Below are positions 13,437 to 28,759 of a DNA stretch of 64,000 nucleotides, piece after piece. The stretch is taken from the NCBI RefSeq assembly GCF_009914755.1, contig NC_060933.1; one strand, 5' to 3'. A program made the position numbers and the translations under genes. The number at the start of each line of letters is the position of its first letter. Positions within the stretch are counted from its first letter, which is position 1. The notes under the pieces are model-generated. The model searched no databases and was not told the DNA's origin. It was given only the letters and a program-made list of their open reading frames with translations. Source of the stretch: the human T2T-CHM13v2.0 reference genome, Homo sapiens.

Positions 13437-14072
13437 TGTTACCAGAAAGGCATCTCTATCCAGACCCCAAGAGGGGGTTCTTGGACTTCATGCAAGAAAG
13501 AATTCAGGGCAAGTCCATAGAGTAAAGTGAAAAGAAGTTTACTAAGAAAGTTAAGGAATAGAGAATGACTATTCTACAGGCAGAGCAGTGGCATGGGCTG
13601 CTCAGCTGCTTACACTTGTTGCTACTTCTTGATTATATGCTAAACAAAGGGTAGATTATTCATGTGTTTCCCAGGAAAACGGTGGGCAATTCGCAGAACT
13701 GAGGGTTCCTCCCCCTTTTTAGACCATATATGGTAACTTCCTGATGTTGGCCTGGCATTTGTTAACTGTCGTGGCACTGGTGGGAGTGTCTTTTAGCATG
13801 CTAATGCATTATAATTAGTGTATAATGAGGAGTGAGGATGACCAGAGGTCACTTTCATCATCATCTTGGTTTTGGTAGGATTTGGCCAGCTTCTTTACTG
13901 CATGCAGTTTTATCAGCAAGATCTTTGTGACCTGTATCTTGTGCTGACATCCTATCTCATCCTGTGACTAAGAATGCCTTAACCTCCTGGGAATGTAGCC
14001 CCGTAGGTCTCATAGTTATTTTACCAAGCCCCTATTCAAGATGGAGTTGCTCTGGTTTGAATGTCTCTAACA
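13437..14072 (-). mobile_element. MER41B-type ERV1 solo LTR
   Basis: 636 bp with TG...CA termini ('tgttaccagaaagg...ccagaccccaagag' to 'caagatggagttgctctggtttgaatgtctctaaca') and a perfect 4-bp TSD tcat. Confidence 0.88.
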
Positions 14073-14139
14073 TCATCACAGTAAAGAAGTGGTGATGATA
14101 TAGACAATGATGTTGATGCTAATGAAGGTCAACAGTTCT

Positions 14140-14680
14140 GGAGTCCTTACTATGGGTAGAGGAGAGTTTCACATATCAACAACCAATGGGTAAGTCTATA
14201 TTTTACATAGAGGAAACAGGCATGGAGAGGTTAAATACCTTTTCTAAGGTCACACAGCTAGCAAGTGATAGAGGCAGAATTCTTCATTCTAAATGTGATT
14301 ATTTCATAAATTAAGTGATGAACAGGAGGTATCTTACTGAACAAAATATTAATAAATGTTTGGCATTAGTTTCTTTCTCTGTAAAGTGAGGTTAGTAACA
14401 GAACCAGCTGCTTAATGGATAAATGACTCATGTAGGAAAAGTACTTAAAACACGACCTGATACATTAAGGGAAGCAGCTTCATATAGTGGTTAAGAACAT
14501 AAATTACTGGGGTTCAAATACCAGCTCTGCTACTTACTGAGTAGTGTAGCTTGACAAATAGTTTAATCTCTCCAGATCTTGGTTTTATCATATAAAAATA
14601 AGGACAATAGTAAAGGCCTCATAAGGTTATATATAAATTAAATGAGTTAGTATTTGTAAAGCTCTAGAAGAGTACTTGTT
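14140..14680. mobile_element. Cluster of three MIR fragments (one -, two +)
   Basis: 'gaggaaacaggcatggagaggttaaat...aaggtcacacagcta', 'tctctgtaaagtgagg', and 'ggttcaaataccagctctgctacttact'. Confidence 0.7.
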
Positions 14681-14891
14681 GAATAAAAGTTAGCTTTTGT
14701 GGTTCAAGGCACCCATTTACTGCTACAGTGCTTGAAGCACATTGAAAAATTCACACTCCTTTCTTCTTTTTCCTTTCATTATATATTACTTCATTAAATC
14801 TTCTGCAAGTCCTTTACCTCCTGAGTAACATTTTATAATTCCTCAGATTATAGTTCACATTAAATTCTAGGAACTTTACTTTCTTGGATAG

Positions 14892-15327
14892 TGTAGTGTA
14901 TGCTGTGGTATAAATCCAGATTCCTTTTCAAAACAGAGACACTCCTTCTTCCAACTCCCAGGAATTTAGGCTGCCAAAGACTCATGTCCAGCTTCCTCTC
15001 TGGGAACTGCCCTTGGCCAAAGGGAGCTGTCTCACACAAGGTTACATCCTTTCCTGAGGGAAGCCCACATCTAAAAGCTGGTCTAAATGGGTTTAGGAGG
15101 GCATAGCCCCATGCTTCAGTTAGGGACATCTTTGAAGAACCATTTCAGCTTTAGATCTTCCCATAAGACCAGCTGAGGCAGCAGCTGCAAACGTATCACA
15201 GTTCAACTTCTTTCTGTACTCAATCCTATTGTCCTTGCTCCCACACAGGTGTCATGCCCAAAACAACTCCCCAGTAAATTTACTGCATGCAAATCTTCAT
15301 ATTGGAGTTTGTTTCTGACCTGTGACA
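14892..15327 (+). mobile_element. 5' LTR (LTR16C-like)
   Basis: 'tgtagtgtatgctgtggt...catgcaaatcttcat...gtttctgacctgtgaca'. Confidence 0.8.
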
Positions 15328-16957
15328 GTTTGTACCAGGAAAAAACCTCAGAAGCAGATATTTCAAAATGGAATTTTGGAGCTGGATTCTGTCAGCTGGC
15401 TGTGAACGAATCTCCATTTAGTGGTGGTAGATGGAGGATTGCCAACTCCTGGCATGTGGTTGCAGAGCAATTGTTAAAACTTACATTGGTGTTGAACTTG
15501 GATGAGACACAGGTGGAAAGGACTACACTGCTGATTGCAGTATTTCAAGCTTTTGAGAGGGTCATGTAGTATTTATAAGAACTATAAAATTGGATAGTTC
15601 TTGTTAGGGCCTATGGAGATACTGGAAAAAGACAACGATAGGCTGAGGGTGACTAATTACCAATTTAGGCCTGAGTGTAAAAGCCAGAGAGCCCATGGTA
15701 GCATATAAAGAGACTCATCTCTTGCAGTTAGAGAACAAAAAGAGTGGATGACCTAGGGCTTTGTTCTAGATTGTTAAGGGTAGCAGAGCACCAGGGAAGG
15801 CCAAAGTCTCCACGCCAGTAAGTCTGCTCTGCCAAGGTTAGGACCCTCATTGGAAAAAGTGAGACCTTGAGATTCAGCATGGTGACAATACACTACAAAA
15901 TTTTGTGTGCTTTGCTTTCTCCCTGAGCCTTCTGGGCCTGCAGAGGGCCTGCTCCTCTCTGTTATAGGCTAGTTCTCCCTCCTTTTTGCAGAAGGTGCAG
16001 AAGTATTTGTCTTGGATGACAACTTGTAGCCCTTTTAGGATCTACCCTCACCACCTTCCTGGCCATCAGACCAATGATTAGGGTCATATTACAACATAAT
16101 CCAGCGGGGAAAGTGCTTTTATGCTAAGAGAGGAAAGGAATTGTACCTCTAAGAAGCTGCAAGACTAACCTAACTTATACCAGCAGGAGCTGGGAAAGTA
16201 TGGCTCCCATGGGTGCTGAATCAAGTGTGTATGTGTTGGGCAGGGGGAAATATAGGAGAATATAAAGAAGTTTATTAACATGGGAGCATTCTCCTATAAT
16301 AGAGGATTTAGCACCTGGGAAGGACGTAAGAATATGATGCTAACATGCAGCTAGAATTGCTTTTAAAGATTGTAGGAGGTGATGGTCCACACTAAGTAAA
16401 GCAGAGATGCCACAACTGCCATGACAGATGGTGGACAGAGAAATTAAAATGCTCAGAGAAGAGATCATGCTACAGTGGGAATACTATATAAGTCTGAAGA
16501 ACCTATCAGTCAACTATATTCTGAGTGAGAGTTTAAAGGACACTCCACTTACAAAAGTGATAATGCACTGGTGAGAGGGGTGCTGGCATTGTTGAGAGGC
16601 TCAGTGGTAGCTATCCTCTGGGGCCAGGGCTGATAGAAGGGACACTGTTATAGAATGGGGCTCTAATAAATTGGGTTGATAAGAGCCTGATATATAGGCC
16701 AAGTGGTGGCACTTGCCCATCAGAGCAAGGTAGGAGCACTTCTTATAATTTACAGCAAGATTGGAATGGCAGCAGGTGTGCCTGATTCACAGAAAGCTAG
16801 GGAGATGGTTAATAGCATACAGAGTCCCTGAGGTAAGACAGATGGGAGGCCAAGGATAGTATTACTTAAATAAATCAAGAATAGATGATTAGAAATCTGA
16901 GGGCAGATTCCTCAGTAGAAAGTCGCAGTTCCTAGACCTGCTTCAAGACCTGAGCTA

Positions 16958-17101
16958 GACCACAGCAGTAGCTCACACCTGTATTCCTACTACTTAGGAG
17001 GCTGAGGCAGGAGGATTGCTTGAAAGCCCTGGAGTTTGGGACCAGCCTCGGAAATACAGTGAGACCTCATCTTTTAAAAAACCAAAAATAAAAAATAAAA
17101 A
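16958..17101 (+). mobile_element. Free left Alu monomer (FLAM-like) inside the provirus
   Basis: Single monomer plus A-tail. TSD acctgagcta at 16948-16957 and 17102-17111. Confidence 0.85.
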
Positions 17102-20100
17102 ACCTGAGCTACTCTTCACACATGACATCTAAAAATTCAAGATGGGACTAAGTATTCAGGAAGAAAGACTTATGAAGACAAGTATATACATTAATTATGC
17201 TCCCACTCATTTGGCAAAGGGACCTGTGGTCATTTACTTGGGAAACCATACACTGGGAACAGGGTGTGAATCAAATATTTTGAGGACTGTTGGGCACAGA
17301 TTCCAACTTGACATTGATTTCCAGGGCCCCAAAGCATTATTACTGCCCTGCTATTAAAGTAGTATATACGGGGGCCAGGTTATAAATGAGATTCTGGCCA
17401 GGTTTTGCTCATGTTAGGTCTACTGGGCCCAGGGACCCATCCAGTGGTCATTTTTTTCATCACTGATGGTATAATTGGAATGGAAACCTTTGGTAATTGA
17501 AAGAACTCCCATATTAGTTCCATGGGCTATGTGGTAAGAGATTTCATAATGAGGAAGACTAACTGGAGGCCTCTAAATCTGCTCTATGCCTGCTGTCTAG
17601 GAGAGCAATAAAAATAATAGCACTTTGCAGCAGAATTACAGAGATTAGAGCCACCCTTCAAGCCTTAACTAATGTAGAGCTGGTGGTCTCCATAATATTC
17701 CCAATTAACTAACTACTCTGGCACTTAATAAACAAATGACCCTCTAGTTATGGTAGTGGATTTCCACAAACTTAACCAAGTTGTAGGCCTGATTGCATAT
17801 ACTTTGTCAAATGAGGTAATCTTTACAATTAATATGACCTCATGCACATTGTATGTGTCGATTGATTCGGCAAATATTTCATTTTATATCCCTATGAAGA
17901 AGGAAGGCCAGATGCAGTTTGCATTCACATGAAATAGTCAACAATATACATCTATCATCTTGTCCCAAGGCTATCTTCACTCTCCAATCCTCTGTCATAA
18001 TACGGTCTAAAGGAACAACACCATTTGCTTATTCCATAGAACCTCACATTGGTCCACAGTATCGAAGACATCCTGTTAATTGGACCAGATGAGAAAAATG
18101 TGGAAAATATGTTGGAGGTGAAAGAATTGGAGAAATGATTCGAGGTCCTGCGATATTAGTGAAATTTCAGGGGTCTCATGATCTGGTGCATGCCAGGGCA
18201 TCCACTTTAATAAAAGGAAAAAATATTGCATCTTTCTCCTTGCATCATGAAGAAGGAAGCATAATGTCTGGTAACTGGTTGGGTTTTGGGGATAGTATAT
18301 GTCACATTTGAGAATACTACTCTGACCAGTTCACCAACTGACTGCCAGCTTTAAGTGGGGCCAAGACCAGAAAGAGTTATGCAGTAAGCTGAGAGTGCCT
18401 TTAGGTCATACAACCTGCTACATCCTGTGGTATTAAAGGTAATTATGTAGGAAAAAAGAGGCCATGTGGAGTTTATAGAAAACTGCGGGAACTCATTCAA
18501 TTCCATCTGTAGCAGAATACAATAAACTTTTGAAAAACAGCTCCTGTATACTACTGGACAACCCTATCAGTGTCCGTAGAGATGGACCACCTGAACATGA
18601 GTCATGATGTGGCCACCATGAGCTCGGTTCTCAGACCCACCATGTCTTAGGGTCAGGCAGGCCCAACAGTAATCTATTATGAGATAAAAGTTGTACATCC
18701 AAGATATCATGAACATGGTCGGGAGTGAAGTTGCTGAATCACATACCCAGAATGCCATGTAACCTACCACTGCCCCTGCTTCTCTATCTCAGATCCTATC
18801 TGTGTGGGGAGGGTCCCAATATCTAGCTGACAGGAAAGACAAGAGCCTGAGTTTGGTTCATGCGTGGAGTGGCTCAATATATAGGAGTTGAGAATCGCTT
18901 ATGGTTGGACGGCAGCCCTATTTATCTGTGTCCTGGAGAGAAAGCAGCAAGAGAAATCCTCCCAGCGGGAAGAGGATTGGCAGGTGCATCTGGCATCCAC
19001 ATAGTGTGGAAAAAGATGTGACCCGATGTAAGAATATATATGGATTTATGGGTAGTGGCAGATGGTTGGTAGTTTCCAAAGAGCTTGGAAGAATATTAGA
19101 GTCAAGGAGGTTTGAGAAGTAACAGGCATGTGAATGACCTATGAGAATGGGCATGAAATTTGAAGGTCTTTGCATCGCTTGTTATTTACCACCAAGAGTA
19201 TCCTTTGAGGAAGAGGCACTACGCAGAATGAGTCGAATAGCTGATGTCAGCCAGACTGTCACTGGCCACTCCATCACTGGCACAATGGACTCAAATGGAG
19301 TATCCATGATGACAGGGGTGGAAAGTCCTGAAGGGTCCAACAGCATGGGCTTCCACTCACCAATGTTGTTCTAGCTATTACTGTTGCTGAATGTCCAAAC
19401 TACCAACCTGTCCAACCTGAGCCTCTGATACAGCACTACTTTTCAAAACCAAGCAGCCACCACTGTGGACCTCTTTCACTCAGAGGGGGAAGGAATTGAC
19501 ATAATTTTAGGTTTGGGGACTGCCTTTCTTAATGGAAGGACCATGAACACCATCACTATCTGCTGCCTTATATAGTGTTTCATTCACTGAAACAAGGTAT
19601 CACATAATATTGCCTCAGACATGAGGCTAACTCATATCATCAAAAGAGGCAGTGGCACATGACTACAGGGTCCACTGGTCCTATCATATGCCACACCACT
19701 CAGAAGCCATCAACCTGCTAGAGAAGCGGAATCACCCTTTTGAAGGTATAGTTGAGGTGCCAGTTTGGAGGTGGTACCCTGCAGGGAAGGAGTACCATCC
19801 TGCAAGTTGGAATATGCCCCATATTAATTCACAAAGGCTCTAGGGTCTAGGAACCAAGCAAGGATTGGATGTTAAGGGTAGCCTATCTTATTTGTGATTT
19901 ACCTGGAGGAATTTATGCTTCATGTTTTTGCAACTCTAATCTCTTCAGTTTGATCTTAGAGACTCTCAAAGGCAGAATATGTGCACTGAGGACATGACAA
20001 GGATCCTACTACATTTTAAACTAGGCTGCCACCCAGTCACTTTGGGCTGCTTGTGCTACGAGATCAGAAGGTGAGAAAATGAGTCCTCGTCCCAGCAAGA

Positions 20101-20574
20101 GTCATTGATCCTGAACCTTAGGATAAGACAGGGCTGCTTTTATACAATGGAGGCATGTCAGAGTGCCTTTGGCATCCAGGTGCTCTAATGGGATGTTTCT
20201 TGGTTCTCTCCTATACAATTTTAATAGTAAATGGACAAGTGCAGCAGCTACAGCCTGAAAAGGACATGTGGACCAGGGGTTCAGACCCCTTAGGGATGAG
20301 GGCCTGTGTCTCCGATTGGTAAACCATCAAACCCTGCAGAGGTGCTAGCAGAAGGTAAGGGGAATTTAGAATGGATGGTGCAGAAAGGATACAGTGAGTA
20401 CCAGGTGTACACCCCATGACCATCTACAATCGCAGAAGTTCTAATTTGTCTCAATAACTGCCAACCTGAAAGTGTCCACAGGAATAGACACAAACCAGAA
20501 AGATCCCATGGGAGTTGTTTTCTGATGGAGTATACTCACTATAGGCAGCTATTGGTTTTGAGTGACAAGGTGTG

Positions 20575-21005
20575 GTCCCTACTAAATCTGTGATGTACCC
20601 AGGTTTGACTTTAGGAATGAGGTACTTATTTCTCCAGCTGCCACAAGTGATGGCTGCTGATCATTTGTGACTGAGCTCCTTTTGGAGAAATGCCCTCAGC
20701 TGAGTAAAGGTGCCTCTCCCAGGTTTACACCTCTCTCTGGATGCAGGTTGCACTCAATGACTGGCCAAGGTGTGGGGACAAATGTCTGGCCTCCATTGCT
20801 TCAATTTGGAACACCATTGATGGGCCATTCCAGCTTTAGAAACTTCTGAGGAATTGGCTGAGGTTGTTACTACTACTCTATAGTTTAACTCTTCCTTTAT
20901 CCAATTCTGATTTCCTGCTTCCTCAGTGAAGTTATTCCCCAATTAATTCCCTTCATGCAAATCTTCATTCCAAAGTCTGTTTCCTGAGGAACCCAAACTA
21001 CACCA
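20575..21005 (+). mobile_element. 3' LTR (LTR16C-like)
   Basis: Colinear with the 5' LTR ('ccattccagctttaga', 'gctgagg', 'catgcaaatcttcat', 'gtctgtttcctg'). Ends in CA before the TSD. Confidence 0.8.
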
Positions 21006-21404
21006 GATAAGCAATCTTTAAACTGGAAAATATAAGAGATGCCTACACTTCTAGTCCTGCAGGGAGTTTAATTAATTTCAATGTTTTTACAGCAGGGTCT
21101 TTTCCTAACATTGTTGTTGGATTTTAAGTGTACCCTACATGCATTCTAGGAGTCCTCTATCCCCTTATTGCATTAATTAGTGACACAGAAATTCTATAAA
21201 TTCTTAGCTACAGGAAAAGTGTCCATTCTGGAAAACATGTGGATTTGCAGTTTTCTATGAGCTTAGTTACTTGGTGGCCATGCCAGCTGTTATTTTGCCC
21301 TCTGGATGCTGTTAGAGAAAAATTTGATTCATTATTGTGTGCTTGTTGTACTGGCTCAACGTTTCCACACAGATTGTTTTATTTAGCTCTTAAAGTAAGA
21401 TTGT

Positions 21405-21535
21405 GAACTAGATATGATGCTCAATTAACAGATAAGGAAAACTGACCCTCACTGAGGTCGAATATCTTGTCAATACAAGTAGCTAGCAAGTCTTAATAGT
21501 CCAGATTCAAAGTCAGATGGTGACCCCAAGTCTAG
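21405..21535 (-). mobile_element. MIR fragment
   Basis: 'acagataaggaaaactga...agctagcaag...agattcaaagtcagat'. Confidence 0.55.
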
Positions 21536-23128
21536 TATTGCCTTCTCCTTTCTCACCTTAATAACATAGTCTCTCCATGTGTGTTGATTTATATCGGTTG
21601 TGGACCATGCCTGAGTGACTCTCTATATTAAGCAATCACCTGCAATGAAGTGGGATATCTTGAAAGCCTTTGGAACACTCCATGTCCCTTACTAACTGGC
21701 AAGAATTCACTCTAAGTCATGGATGTTTCCCCCACTTTTGGCGAGCCCCTAAGTCCTGGCTGGGAGTTGCATCACCACCCTTGGCTAAATTTCTCTCTCT
21801 TAGATGAGAATGTCCAGTGAAATACTTATTTATGAGGAGCAATAAATATGCAGTGGAAAAGCTCACCAAAGACTTTGTTTGTTTGTTTTCTGCTATAGTC
21901 AGTATTACCTGGAAAGTCACCCAGTTTAACTATGATGTAAATTTGCAGTCCTTGGCTCGGAAAAGTCTTGTTGGCGAAGTCTGATACTGAAAAGTAATCT
22001 TCTTCAGGAAATGAGCACCAAAGAGCTGTTATTCTGTGTAATAAGAAAGAAACAAAAAGGATCCCAAGAGAAGTAGTTTGGCAACTGATGTTCAATGGTC
22101 ATTATAGACTGAGTGCTCAAATAAAAATACCTTCAAACCCTGAAGAGTGGATTTCTGTGTTTTAAATATAGATTCTTACTTTTCAAATGGGACCGTTTCC
22201 AAATGACCTCCTGACTTGAAGGGGGTAGAGTTAAAGAGCAATTGAAGGCACTCGTGTGGTGGGAGGAAATGAAAGAAGACTAGCTGTGGAAATGGCAGAA
22301 TACATCTTCTGGTGTTTTGTACTTGAAACAAAAAATCCGCAAGCATACACGTAGGAATATGTAATAGTAAATGTGTGGTATCCAACTGATGTTTGATGGC
22401 AAATTATCATCAATTTCATTGGTTCAGTGCAGAGGACTCGATAGGACTCATAATGGCCTCTTTGGAAGGTGATACACGGCAAAACTCCGAAAAGTCCATG
22501 TGATTATTCACTTAGAAAATCTCCACACCTATGAATTGTCTAAAGAAAGAAATCACTTTGCCATACAGCATTTCATCTGTGTAAGTCAATTCATTTGGCT
22601 GGTGGAGCTAAACTCACGAAAGCAGGAACTGATCTCACCAGGATGGCCAATTCCTTGGCTTTTCTTCAAAACACATTTAAAAAAAGAGACATGTTTGCCA
22701 TTTGCCCTGAAAGTGTGACGATTTTATATGGCTTCCAGGAGAAGAGAGGATGAAGAAATAGCTCCCATTAACTCCACACATGAATGTTTCCAAAGAATTT
22801 GAAAATTCTATATGCATTGTTGCAACTGAATTTACTTTAAATAGCACCAAAAACATAAAAAAAAAAACCCTTTTCATTGGTTGCCTCATTCATTACATTT
22901 TCACTTAAGCATAGCATCTTAAAAAGATTCGCTTCAGCCTGATTTCCCCCTTTTCCTTACTTCTACCTAGGATTTTATTTTCTTTTTGCAAAATTTTAAG
23001 TTTAAATACATCACTTTTTAATGACTAGTTACCTAAACTAAAAATATCTTTCAAATAAACAGGCATCTTTTGAGTGTGGTTAAACATTTAAAAAGTATTA
23101 AAATACACATTTATTGATTCTTTCAACT

Positions 23129-23518
23129 TGTTAAAGTAAATTAAAACAGAGACCAGGCCTGAAGAACGCCCAGAGTAAGCTCAACCTTGCTTGATTTGCA
23201 AACAGAAACAAAACGAGTTATTTCTCATAAGTGCCTATATTAAAGAAACTTAAGCTCAACCAATCAGAAGCTGCCAACTAACTTATAATTATATCACTAG
23301 GAACTTTCCAGTGGGAGAGACCAAACAGGACAACTATGTAACTATAACCAATCAAATACATTCTTTGCTTTACCTCTGTGAAAGCCTCCCACTGTGTTCT
23401 CTTGGTGGATCTCCCAAACCACTTCTGGTTTGAAGCTGCGTGATTAATGAATTGTCATTTGCTCAAATAACTCTTTTTAAAAAAAAATTTTATTGTGCCT
23501 CAGTTTACCTTTTTAAAA
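23129..23518 (+). mobile_element. MER4-group ERV1 solo LTR (subfamily unassigned)
   Basis: Terminal inverted ends tgttaaa.../...ttttaa[a]a, two CCAAT boxes, 'ttgctcaaataactct' polyA region, and 4-bp TSD aact. Confidence 0.8.
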
Positions 23519-23925
23519 AACTCAATATGTGTTGGGTTACTACTCTGGCCCAGGCACTGCTCCAGGTAATGGGTGTCAGCCTAAGGTGAGAAAAGTGTTG
23601 AAAACATGGTAGGAATTTTAACATTTGTTGAACTTCCCTGTACATCAAGTTCTGGTCTTTGAGTGACTGCCACTGCTGTGGGAAGTGATGGGAAAGATGA
23701 AGGCTGTTGGTGAACTACAACATTTTGTTGAAGTGTTTAGTTTCATTGGTGCCTTACTTTAAAGAGGTATCTTAAATGTTTAAATGGAGCTGCATGAACT
23801 AAAAACATCTTGAGTAATCTTAAAGCATGCACCTCCTTAAACTCTTATTGAGCCAATTCCCTTAGAACAAATTTCCATGTCTAAAATATGTTAGCTAATT
23901 AAATATGATAAGAATGTGTAAAAAG

Positions 23926-24470
23926 TATTAGTTTTGGTTATAATCAACAGACTAATGCCAGATAGCTGGGGAGTAAAAGGAAATGTATTACCAGGAAATA
24001 TGAGTTTTCTCAGGAAATCCAAAAATGAGCATGCAGCTGGGAGTCAGGAATAAACTGAAGGAAGGGCTCACTGTCAGGCTTCTTTCTCCATCTGTCATCT
24101 CTGCGCTTCCCTCTCCGCATTTGGTCTCTTTGCAGACTGGCTTTCCCTGTTTCTCCAGTTTCTGTGGTGGAAACCATGGCAATTGAGAAGCCTCCGGTTT
24201 CATTCAACACAAGAACCTCCACCAGTATCAGTGGAAAATATCCTTCAACATAAGAATTCCCAATTCTCTGACCCAGGTTTGGCCACATGATCACCCTGGA
24301 CCAATGAGCTGAGGCTGGATGGGCGGGGTCACATTAGAAGAACTGGACTGTTAGGAGCCCAACCACGTGGGTAGTTAAAGGATGGGGAAGTCAGTTCCCT
24401 AGTGTTTAATCCTAAGAAAAGGTGGCTGGAGGGCCTTTGGAAGAAACTATGCTGTCAACAAAATAATGCC
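23926..24470 (-). mobile_element. Old MaLR LTR (MLT1J/K-like)
   Basis: 'ttctctgacccaggtttggccacatgatcaccctggaccaatgagctgaggc' motif typical of old MLT1. Confidence 0.55.
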
Positions 24471-24519
24471 ACCTTGTCTACATGTATTAGGTATACATTT
24501 AAAAATTATTGTGTGAGAT

Positions 24520-24716
24520 ATTTTGGCAATAATCATCTATGGGCCAAATCTGTTTCATGGCCTGTTTTTGTAATAGTCCATAAGTGACATTTTAAAATGT
24601 AAAAAAAAAAAAAAAAAAAAAAAAATGACAACTATGCAGCAGAAATTATCGGTTGCCCACAAAGCCTAAAGTGCGTATTAGCTGGGTCTTTACAGAATAA
24701 CTTTGCTGACCCTTGC
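24520..24716 (+). mobile_element. MER58-type hAT-Charlie MITE with expanded internal A-run
   Basis: 'gggccaaatctg...cctgtttttgta' ... 'gcccacaaagcctaaa...tttacagaataactttgctgaccctt'. Confidence 0.75.
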
Positions 24717-25222
24717 TCTACAGCAGGTGGATGAGCATGCGCTCTCTGCCTGTGGTTCCCTGGGTATTAATCCTGGCTCAGCTATCTAGAGGGAGAACTA
24801 AGGCAAGTTGTAAAACCTATCTGTGCCTCTATTTTATCATTTGTAAGATAAGAATAATAAAATAATGCCTATTTTATGAAAGTTATGCAGCATAAATAAA
24901 TACATGTAAGTAATCTATAATAATGGCTGATAGTAGTTATGAATGTTAAATATTATGTCCAATTATATATAATCCCTGATGTTTATATATAGAACATGTT
25001 CATATATATAATATCCTATACATATTTATGTATAAATGAGTATATATCACAAATGAATAAATATATATTCATATACACACATGTATACAAGTATCTGCAT
25101 ATTATATTTTTGTAAATATAACTGCCCATGAAATGTACTCCTGGAGAATACTATTAGAAGGAAGACTGTAATGTAATGATTTGAGAAGGAAACAGGTTTT
25201 TTTTTTAAGTGAAAATTCCCAG

Positions 25223-25259
<37 letters not shown>

Positions 25260-25325
25260 ATATATATGTAATATTATATATATTATATATATATGTAATA
25301 TTATATATATTATATATATATATAT
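25223..25325. repeat. (CT)n-(AT)n compound microsatellite with duplicated ~27-nt AT unit
   Basis: Seen directly: 'tatatatgtaatattatatatatta' occurs twice in tandem. Confidence 0.9.
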
Positions 25326-26731
25326 CTTAAAAAGTCTTAAAGCAAAACAGAACTATATTTGGACATGGTCAGATTCAAAACCATATCTAACCAAATGATG
25401 TAAATTTGACGTTGTGCAATACTAATGTTTCAAAATTAAATTTAAAACATTTACAAAACTCCACAGATTCCACTTCAAATATTTTTCATAGTTCTCATTC
25501 AATATAATAGTACAATATAAATATCTAAGTATGGATTAAAATCTCCATGAATATAATTATCTACTTTATATGAGTGCATTTTATCCAGAAACAATCCCAA
25601 TCTCAATCTCTCCCCCTCGTTCTCTGTCTCCCCCCCATATTTACATAAGTCTGTATACACACTGTATATAACATATTAGGGAACATGTAAAGCAAAAAAA
25701 AAAGAGGCACAATGTATATTTATCTGTGACCATATTTTACATCACATACTGTCTGCAAAAAATCACCCTTGTAATATTTTTATCAGGAATAAAACCTAGG
25801 GGTGAAAAAGTGTATCTTATTGACTTTATGGTGCTTCATTTAACACATATAGCATAAAGGCCCATTTGGAAAAGATCTTTCTGAAAAAGAGGTTATCTCA
25901 TCAATCAAGCGCTTTCTGTGTATGTATTGTAAATAATAAATGTATGCCACATGTGTGGCTGGAAGAATGCTGGAAAAAACTCTACTGGCATGCCGAGAAA
26001 ATGCAGCTAAAATAACCTCTCCTACCAACCCAGTTCATTCCACTCAGCAAAAATTGGGGAAGCCAAATTCATCAATATTGATTTCAGGTTTCATCAGCAG
26101 GGATTTTTTGAGTAAGACGCTTTTAGTTACATTTTCCATTTGACATTTCTCATTAGACTCAAAGCTTTCTCTGTGTATAAGTCTTTTCATGTAATTCAAA
26201 ACCTAGCTCATCAAGCAACCTTTCCAACAGAAAGAAACAGGAGACTCGTTTGCTGCTTGAAGAAGTAAATTTCTATATTTAGACAGTCTTCATATGTCAA
26301 TCCAGAGTCCCTGCTTCCTCCTTATCCCGTATTTTGAAATAAAGATTTTATTTGTTTGTTTTTGTTTTTAATCAGTCACAAAGAAAAGTACCGTCTCCTC
26401 ATCAGACAATACTGGAAATAGCATGAGGCATGGATTCGGAGGGATCACTCTGCTGGGAATTTAGTGGAACAGAATGCTCTAGTCAGGGCTTTTGGAGTAA
26501 ACTCATTCTGTCCTGTTGACTCTGGAATTCCGATCTGTTTATTATTCTAAGTGACTTTTACTTATCAGTCTCTGTGTCCATAGGCTGGAAAATAAATCAC
26601 AAAGTATCTCAGTGTTCAGGTGAGCGTAGACTGTCACGTTGTTGGTTATGCTCATCTTCTTTCATACCTTTGCACCTCTCACCTTCCTCCCAAGCAGTCC
26701 CCATAGTTGCGGGTTTTTAAAACATTTTCCT

Positions 26732-28685
<1,954 letters not shown>

Positions 28686-28759
28686 TATATCCAGAATAAG
28701 TCTCAGAAAAGAATCAGTATGGTAAACTAAGAAACTTAACTCCTTAAACAGAGTTAAAC

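Larger units (their letters stand above)
14892..21005 (+). mobile_element. Ancient ERV-L provirus (LTR16-type LTRs plus ERV3-16A3-like internal gag-pro-pol), non-coding relic
   Basis: Two homologous LTRs with TSD gatag/gataa. PBS-like 'gtttgtaccagga' follows the 5' LTR. Remnants: protease (~17283 GLLGTDSNLTLI), RT (VVDFHKLNQ...IDSAN...QFAFT; PQGYLHSPILCHN; LVHSIEDILL), RNase H (~19035) and integrase (HWSYHMPHHSEAINLLEKRN). Confidence 0.88.

Noticed and set aside
26565-26625. Short + strand exon ending cag|GTGAGC, and similar sites at 4201-4258
   Set aside because: Acceptors are ambiguous or weak, and such sites are too common to call.
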